This document shows positions 58,249 through 64,000 of a stretch of 64,000 nucleotides of DNA, one piece after another. This DNA comes from a virus (Duplodnaviria; Caudoviricetes): positions 55,594 to 119,593 of the IMG/VR virus record IMGVR_UViG_3300028797_000121; one strand, written 5' to 3'. A program made the position numbers and the translations under genes. Position 1 is the stretch's first letter. Each line of letters begins with the position of its first letter. The notes under the pieces are model-generated. The model ran no database searches and had not been told where the DNA came from. It saw only the letters and a program-made list of their open reading frames with translations.

Positions 58249-58698
58249 ATGGGAAAATTAGGCGCTACCTTTACATATAATGAAAGGTATTTAGAAGCAG
58301 TAAATGAAATACAAGATGAACAATTAAGATATAGACTTAATTATGACTTATGTTATTACGGGGTATATGGAGATTTGCCGCCTGATGCTGGAGATGTATC
58401 AAAATTATTTATAACTAGTGTTAGGGCGCTAATAGAAGGTTCACACGAATATGCAGCTGCACAGTCTGGAAAAGGTAAAAAAGGAGGGCGTGCTTCCGCA
58501 GTATCTGACGCAGAAATTGAAGGGGCTATAGTTGAGTTTTATAGGGGGCATGGAAAATTGCCGAGCAATACTGAATTAGGGGCTATAGTTGGTTTAAGCG
58601 GGGATGCTGTCCGCCATAGAGAACCTTGGAAAAATAAAAATAAAATTGTGTGTGAACAATGTGAAGAATGTGAACAATATGATACTCACGGTTTTTAA
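58249..58698 (+). CDS. Replication-initiator-like protein (DUF6291-like N-terminus plus HTH)
   Basis: F.Y...Y.EA......Q.......YG..G..P, GKKGGR, C-terminal HTH. Confidence 0.55.
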   Translation: MGKLGATFTYNERYLEAVNEIQDEQLRYRLNYDLCYYGVYGDLPPDAGDVSKLFITSVRALIEGSHEYAAAQSGKGKKGGRASAVSDAEIEGAIVEFYRGHGKLPSNTELGAIVGLSGDAVRHREPWKNKNKIVCEQCEECEQYDTHGF

Positions 58699-58829
58699 CA
58701 ATCTTTGTGAAGTGTGAAGAATAAGTTGTGAATTGTGAGAAACTATTGTGAAAAATGTGAAGAATTGTTGTGAAAATTTTGTGAAATGTGACATTGTGAG
58801 AAAGCCTAAATATAAATATGTTTTTCACA
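58651..58829 (+). repeat. TGTGA iteron cluster 2 (13 direct, 1 inverted)
   Basis: Counted by eye at 58651-58799; TCACA at 58825. Confidence 0.8.
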
Positions 58830-58898
58830 AAACATCCCTAACGGGCTGTTAAAGTGAAAAACCATGCGCCTCACGAATTAGATGAAAGGATAAATGAG

Positions 58899-59291
58899 AT
58901 GGAAGATAAGACATATGTAGTATATGGAATAATAGAACCATATAGTAAGGATATAGTATATATAGATTTATATACATTAAGTGAAGATACTTATCCTAAA
59001 AATGATGAATATATAGATTATAGTATAGAAACAATGCAAGATACTGGTAATGTATATTGAAGAGATTTACATAATATGAATAATATATATCCATATGGTA
59101 GTAGTGATAAGATTGGTGTAGTAATATTAGATAAATGGAAATATAAAGATGAAACATATGAAGAATATGCGTGGGATAAAATAGTATATTGAAGAAAAGT
59201 ATTTAAACCAAGATATAATACTGAAGAAGAGTGTGAATATAGTAGTAAACATACAGAGTGTGGATGCGGATGTGGTTGCATAAAGTTCTAG
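58899..59291 (+). CDS. Divergent GIY-YIG-like protein; code 4
   Basis: YVVYGI...IVYI...KPRYN; two TGA read through; RBS GAAAGGA. Confidence 0.55.
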
Positions 59292-59532
59292 TTGCCGCAT
59301 TGCCGCCTTTTATCTGTGCTATTGTTTGTTTGAATGATGTTTAGACAGATGGATTGAGCTATTGTGCATATGAGGTATAATATATAATATATTTTTATTA
59401 TATGGTTGGTTTGAATAGTATTTGGCTATTGTTTGTAAGGAAATGTAGATGGTTTTGATGATTTGATATAAGTGTGGTGCGCGACCGCGTCCCCAACCAT
59501 ATAAATCAAATTAAATTACGATTACGGATAAG

Positions 59533-59560
59533 AAAAGAGTGCCCTGACCGCACTCTTTTT
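59533..59560. terminator. Bidirectional intrinsic terminator at the strand convergence
   Basis: AAAAGAGTGC-loop-GCACTCTTTT. Confidence 0.7.
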
Positions 59561-60033
59561 ATTATTCACCTCTTGACTTGACAATTATAAAAAAATATGA
59601 TAATTATTATTATTATTCATCCCCATTATAATTATACTATATTTTATTAATTTTGTCAATTACTTCCACTTTTGTCTCTCATTTTTTTGTTAGGCTCTTG
59701 TGCTAAAATTTTGGCAGGAAAAGCTGAAAAAGCTCTTTTACGATATTTTGTGCGTTTATGGAGAAAATTTTTATGCGTGCGGGAAGCCGGTCGTACCCCT
59801 TGTCTGAGCAAGGGAAAATTAGTTTTTTTTATACATTATACTCCAAAATTTTTGTGTAATCAATGCGGAGATCCTTGGATCGGGACCCGCGCCTTTACCT
59901 CATTTTGGGATTCATATGTCTGGTCCCGCTCGCCGCACTTTCAATTGAAAATTTTGCCATATGGGACGCGGCCGACTTTACGGAGAGATCTCGACCATAT
60001 ACGAATGGAACGCGGTCGCCGCCTAATAGCGTG

Positions 60034-60210
60034 TTGACACTCGCTTTACGCTTGGTTGACATGTCAAATTGTGTCAATTTTTGGGAAATAATTTTTTTTG
60101 TAAAATTTTGCATTTTTGCTTGACAAATTTTCAAAACTGTGGTATAATAGAAATTTTCGGCCTCAGCGCGTGCGCTGACAGGCCGTTGACATGTAAATTT
60201 ACATGTAAAC
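60034..60210. repeat. TTGACA/TGTCAA-rich element A
   Basis: TTGACATGTCAA and TTTACATGTAAA palindromes. Confidence 0.75.
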
Positions 60211-60236
60211 CTTAAATAAAATAAAAAAAGTGTGAA

Positions 60237-60665
60237 TTATTCACACTTTTTAACGCGTTTTTCAGTTAAATCTAACTTAAATTGCTTATTTTCGTAAGAA
60301 AAAGTGATAATTTTACCCACATTTTCTACTTTTACATCAGTTGCGAACGACCTTACACAACTTTCTAGGTTTTTTATTATGTTTTCCTTTACAATGTTAG
60401 GTTTTCTCTCACGAATAACCTTTTTTCGTTCAGTTTTTTCAGTTGCACCTAGTTTTATTTTGTTTTCCTTTGCTTTTTTGTCAAGTTCATTTTGTTCTTC
60501 ATTTTCTAGGTAGTCGTTATCCTCTAACCACATTTCAAGAGCACTGTCAACATCAATGTCAAGTTTTTGACAAGCAGTGTCAACCCATTTTTTAGCAACT
60601 TTTACATTTTTACCATTTTCTAATTCAATAGTAAAGTAGTTTGCATTTTCAGTATAATTTTTCAT
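60237..60665 (-). CDS. Hypothetical protein, paralog of 57109
   Basis: Shared motifs. Confidence 0.8.
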   Translation of the reverse strand: MKNYTENANYFTIELENGKNVKVAKKWVDTACQKLDIDVDSALEMWLEDNDYLENEEQNELDKKAKENKIKLGATEKTERKKVIRERKPNIVKENIIKNLESCVRSFATDVKVENVGKIITFSYENKQFKLDLTEKRVKKCE

Positions 60666-60760
60666 TTTTATCACCTCACATTATAAGTATAACATAACTA
60701 GGTTTATTTGTCAATAGTTTTTTCAAAAAGTTTTAGAGAAGGGGAACAAGTCCCCAACTC

Positions 60761-61114
60761 TTATTCACTTATTGTAAAGTATGCTTTTTTCTTATCAACA
60801 ACACGAACGATAACATTTGTATCTTTTAATTGTGTTAATAAAGCACTTATTTTTTGATTTGATAGATTTGCTAATTCAGTGTTAGCATTTTGAATATCAG
60901 TTATTGTAGAAGGTTTGTTTAACTCTCTTAATGTTTCAACGATAACATTTTTAATAGTTTCGTTTTCAATTTGAGTTTTGCTAGGAGTTTTAACACTTGC
61001 CTTACGATTTAATAACTCTAATTCGTGGTCAATAAACGCAACTAGGTTTTCATTGTCCTTTACAATTTCCTTTAATTGATTAAAATAATCTCTTTTAGTA
61101 ATTCTTTTTTCCAT
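60761..61114 (-). CDS. TKRDY-family wHTH protein, paralog 3
   Basis: About 83% identical to 63376 (20/117 differences by eye). Confidence 0.85.
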   Translation of the reverse strand: MEKRITKRDYFNQLKEIVKDNENLVAFIDHELELLNRKASVKTPSKTQIENETIKNVIVETLRELNKPSTITDIQNANTELANLSNQKISALLTQLKDTNVIVRVVDKKKAYFTISE

Positions 61115-61377
61115 CATAATCACTCTCCTTTTCTAAATGGTTTTAAATTACTTTTTGTAAATAAGTTTCATTTCTTATTTACATATTAATTATAACATAA
61201 TAAGATTTAAAAGTCAATACTTTTTTTAAATATTTTTTATTTTTTTATTTTGTATTTCCTTTCCCTTTCTTATTACATTATAATTGTATCAAATTATAAT
61301 AAAAAAGTCAATAGTTTTTTAAAAATTTTTTTATTTTTTTTACCCTTATTTGCGGCAACAACTCACCCAGGCGTGTC

Positions 61378-61550
61378 GCGGAGATCCCTTAATTTCGGGA
61401 TTTACGTCAATTGACATGTCAATGGACATGTCAAATCGAAAACTTTACATGTCAATTTACTGTAAAATTCCGGGCCGCCCAGACCAATGCGGGCGACCGC
61501 GGCCCGCCAAGTGTCAAATTGTGTAAACCATTTAAAAAAGGGGTGTAAAC
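61378..61550. repeat. TTGACA/TGTCAA-rich element B
   Basis: Three ACATGTCAA, GC-rich core, shared 17-mer. Confidence 0.75.
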
Positions 61551-61558
61551 CCCTTGAA

Positions 61559-62032
61559 CTAGATTTGTAAACCAAGTGCTGCCGCAAGTTGTAAACATTT
61601 TTCTTGATTTTCTTTGAAATATTGAACTCCCCACATTGTTGCTTTTCGTTCGTTTTCAATATTCCAATAAGCGAAATTGATTTCTTTTTCATTTATGTAA
61701 TAATTATCATACATAAATATTAACATTTCTTCAATTTCATTTCGTAATTCAAACTCTTGTTTATTAAATGTTTGAAAGTGTCCTATTTCGTGTAAAATTG
61801 ACATTAAAGTTTTATTAATTTTAATATATTCAGGTTGTGATTTGAACCACTCTTGAAAAAGTTTATTTTCTAATTTATCAATTTTTTTACTACCTAGATA
61901 AATTGTCTTTTTAGGAATATCACATTCAAATCTTTGTTCTTGTGAAACTCTTACTTTTAAACTTTTGTCTATTGAGTGAATAAACTCTCTAATTATTATT
62001 TTTTCTTGTTTAGTAAAGTTATATTTTTTCAT
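61559..62032 (-). CDS. Zinc metallopeptidase-like protein (HExxH)
   Basis: LHEIGH...E..A..WG. Confidence 0.75.
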   Translation of the reverse strand: MKKYNFTKQEKIIIREFIHSIDKSLKVRVSQEQRFECDIPKKTIYLGSKKIDKLENKLFQEWFKSQPEYIKINKTLMSILHEIGHFQTFNKQEFELRNEIEEMLIFMYDNYYINEKEINFAYWNIENERKATMWGVQYFKENQEKCLQLAAALGLQI

Positions 62033-62110
62033 ACTATCACTTCCTTACATTATTATTATACTATAAACTAATAAAAATGTCAATAGTTTTTTTAATAATT
62101 GAAGAAGAAA

Positions 62111-62851
62111 TTAATCTTCTTCAATTACCTTTGAAAAGTCTTTCCAAGTTGGTGTTACATTTAATGTAACCATTGTATTGCCTAACATTTCAATAGACTT
62201 TTTAAATATTTCAATTTCAATGTCAATGTCCTCAAGCCCAGTGTGTGCCTCTTCAAAATCAACATTGTTTGAAATGTAGCAATAAATTGCTTGTGCCGTT
62301 GTTCTAACACGACCACTATTTGTAATAAAGCAACTATCTTTTACACTATTTAATCTATCTTTATTTGCAATACAATAATTTGTATAATCTTTTGAATAAG
62401 TGATTACTTTTGATAATTCCATTGTATCAAGTAAATCAATATTTTCAAATGGATTATTTGTGCCAAACTCTTCAAAAAGTCTTGCCATAGCAGTTTTATC
62501 AAAACCACCATTGTGAGCAACCATTATTTTTACATTGTATCTTTGAATAGTTTTTTCAATATCGTTTGCAATATCATTAACACTACAAGTTTTATATCTT
62601 TTATCATTTTCTAATTTTTCAAAATAATTAGGATATTTTGTAGCACTAAATGTTGATAACATTATATATTTATTATTAAAGAACTTTCTTACTAGATAAC
62701 TTTTTTCTTTAACAACTTTTTCATTTTCAGTATCATAGATTTTCATACCAATTTCAAATGGTAGAACACTTTCTTTTACGAATAGAGAACCTATTGTTTC
62801 AGTATCAATAAACATTAAATATCTTTGAGTTTTTATATCAATTTTTTTCAT
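62111..62851 (-). CDS. DEDDh 3'-5' exonuclease
   Basis: IDTET, AHNGGFD, DT, AHTGLED. Confidence 0.9.
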   Translation of the reverse strand: MKKIDIKTQRYLMFIDTETIGSLFVKESVLPFEIGMKIYDTENEKVVKEKSYLVRKFFNNKYIMLSTFSATKYPNYFEKLENDKRYKTCSVNDIANDIEKTIQRYNVKIMVAHNGGFDKTAMARLFEEFGTNNPFENIDLLDTMELSKVITYSKDYTNYCIANKDRLNSVKDSCFITNSGRVRTTAQAIYCYISNNVDFEEAHTGLEDIDIEIEIFKKSIEMLGNTMVTLNVTPTWKDFSKVIEED

Positions 62852-62903
62852 TATAATTTTTCACTTTCCTTTTCTTAAATAGTTTTTGCATAAGGGAGAG
62901 AAA

Positions 62904-63026
62904 TTACTTTCTCTTACCCTTTTTGCTTTTTTGAGGTTTTATACCAAGTCTTGCATTTTTTCTATCTTGTTGTTGTTTTTCATACATTTCACGGATTTTA
63001 TGTCTTTGTGCTGGTGTCATTGCCAT
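62904..63026 (-). CDS. Small basic protein (40 aa)
   Basis: Promoter and AGGAAGTG RBS; MAMTPAQRHKIRE. Confidence 0.55.
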   Translation of the reverse strand: MAMTPAQRHKIREMYEKQQQDRKNARLGIKPQKSKKGKRK

Positions 63027-63213
63027 TTTAATCACTTCCTTTCCTTTATTACACTTTAATTATATCATAGTAGATTTTATTTGTCAATACTTTTTTTAAA
63101 TATTTTTTATTTTTTTTATTAAGGTGTAATTAACTTTTCTTTACATTATAATTATACCACATCTAGAAAATAAGTCAATAGTTTTTTGCAATTTTTTTAA
63201 AATATTTTTGGGA

Positions 63214-63328
63214 ATGTCAAGTGTCAAGCGGAATGTCAATTTCCAATGTAAAAAAGTGTAAAGTTTACATCTTGGCGTAAATTCGGCGCGCCAGGAACGC
63301 AGCCGCGCCGCTTGACACAATTTGACAC
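63214..63328. repeat. TTGACA/TGTCAA-rich element C
   Basis: TGTCAA/TGTAAA array, GC-rich core, 17-mer inverted. Confidence 0.75.
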
Positions 63329-63375
63329 TTTTATTTTACGCAACAAAAAAAGAGAGTTTACACTCTCTTTGACAA

Positions 63376-63729
63376 TTATTCAGCAATAGAGAAATATGCT
63401 TTTTTCTTGTCTACAACTCTAACTATTGCATTACTATCTTTTAATTGAGTAAGTAAAGCACTAATTTTTTGATTAGATAAAGCACCTAATTCAACATTTG
63501 CATTTTGAATGTCAGTAATAGTTGAAGGTTTTGCTAATTCTTTTAAAGTAGCAACGATAACATTTTTGATGCTTTCATTTTCAAGTTGTGTTTTACTTGG
63601 AGTTTTTACACTTGATTTTCTATCAAGTAATTCAAGTTCGTGGTCGATAAATGCAACTAAATCTTCACGATTTGCAACTATTCCTTTCAATTCATTAAAA
63701 TAATCTCTTTTTGTAATACGTTTTTCCAT
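63376..63729 (-). CDS. TKRDY-family wHTH protein, paralog 4
   Basis: See 60761. Confidence 0.85.
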   Translation of the reverse strand: MEKRITKRDYFNELKGIVANREDLVAFIDHELELLDRKSSVKTPSKTQLENESIKNVIVATLKELAKPSTITDIQNANVELGALSNQKISALLTQLKDSNAIVRVVDKKKAYFSIAE

Positions 63730-63814
63730 TTTCAACACTTCCTTTCTTCCTTATGGATTTCTTATTACATTATTATTATAACATTTTTAAATGTTATTGT
63801 CAATAGTTTTTTTA

Positions 63815-63961
63815 TTAAATTGCATATTTTTTTGCTTTTAAATTGCTTTTTAATTTTTTGTTTGTTTTACCCTTTCTTGCTAGGTTTGCTGCAGTTCTTA
63901 TGAATTGCATTGCGTTTTTGTCAACAACTGGTTTGCTAACTACTTTTTTTCTTTGTGCCAT
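63815..63961 (-). CDS. Small basic protein (RKGKTNKKLK family)
   Basis: MAQRKK...NLARKGKTNKKLKSN; GAGGTG RBS. Confidence 0.65.
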   Translation of the reverse strand: MAQRKKVVSKPVVDKNAMQFIRTAANLARKGKTNKKLKSNLKAKKYAI

Positions 63962-64000
63962 TTTAATCACCTCTTTCTTACATTATAATTATCTCATACT

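Noticed and set aside
58651-58829. CRISPR array
   Set aside because: Repeats are 5-6 nt with 2-9 nt spacing; no 25-40 nt repeat-spacer structure or cas genes were seen in the window.
59672-60134. Track ORFs 59672, 59863, 59895 (also 61402, 61452)
   Set aside because: They arise from GC-rich repeat elements, with atypical composition and no RBS.
1-64000. Bacterial chromosome or prophage
   Set aside because: No rRNA, ribosomal proteins, integrase or att site; the divergent replication genes, dense small ORFs and repeated promoters fit a large phage.

Overview
AT-rich segment of a large, probably lytic, tailed-phage genome. No integrase, rRNA or virion genes occur in this window. RBS and promoter style are Bacillota-like; the host is inferred to be an anaerobic Bacilli/Mollicutes-like bacterium. 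Region 1-36.2 kb (minus strand) carries glycosyltransferase/sugar genes, nucleotide metabolism (dut, thyX, tdk, nrdDG), def and a bacterial-style replisome (DnaE, primase, DnaB, RecJ, SSB, NAD ligase, GyrA/B, RNase HI). Region 36.5-59.3 kb (plus strand) holds small genes, 24 tRNA genes covering all 20 amino acids, tmRNA, many unexplained structured ncRNAs, an RNA ligase, a sigma70 factor and a Rep-like gene flanked by TGTGA iterons. Region 60-64 kb (minus strand) holds cassettes of paralogous small genes separated by TTGACA-rich elements. Main results: (1) TGA is read as Trp (code 4). At least 15 genes, including a complete RNase HI missing from the ORF track, need it, and no credible gene ends in TGA. 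Usage is mosaic: 11/11 Trp codons are TGA in one glycosyltransferase, 0/19 in DnaE. (2) The only UGA-decoding tRNA candidate (43138-43233) has two perfectly paired tandem anticodon arms, UCA and CCA, in one tRNA-Trp body. (3) Several tRNA-shaped RNAs carry large inserts in place of the anticodon arm and variant T-loops. All calls were made by eye; no database search was run.
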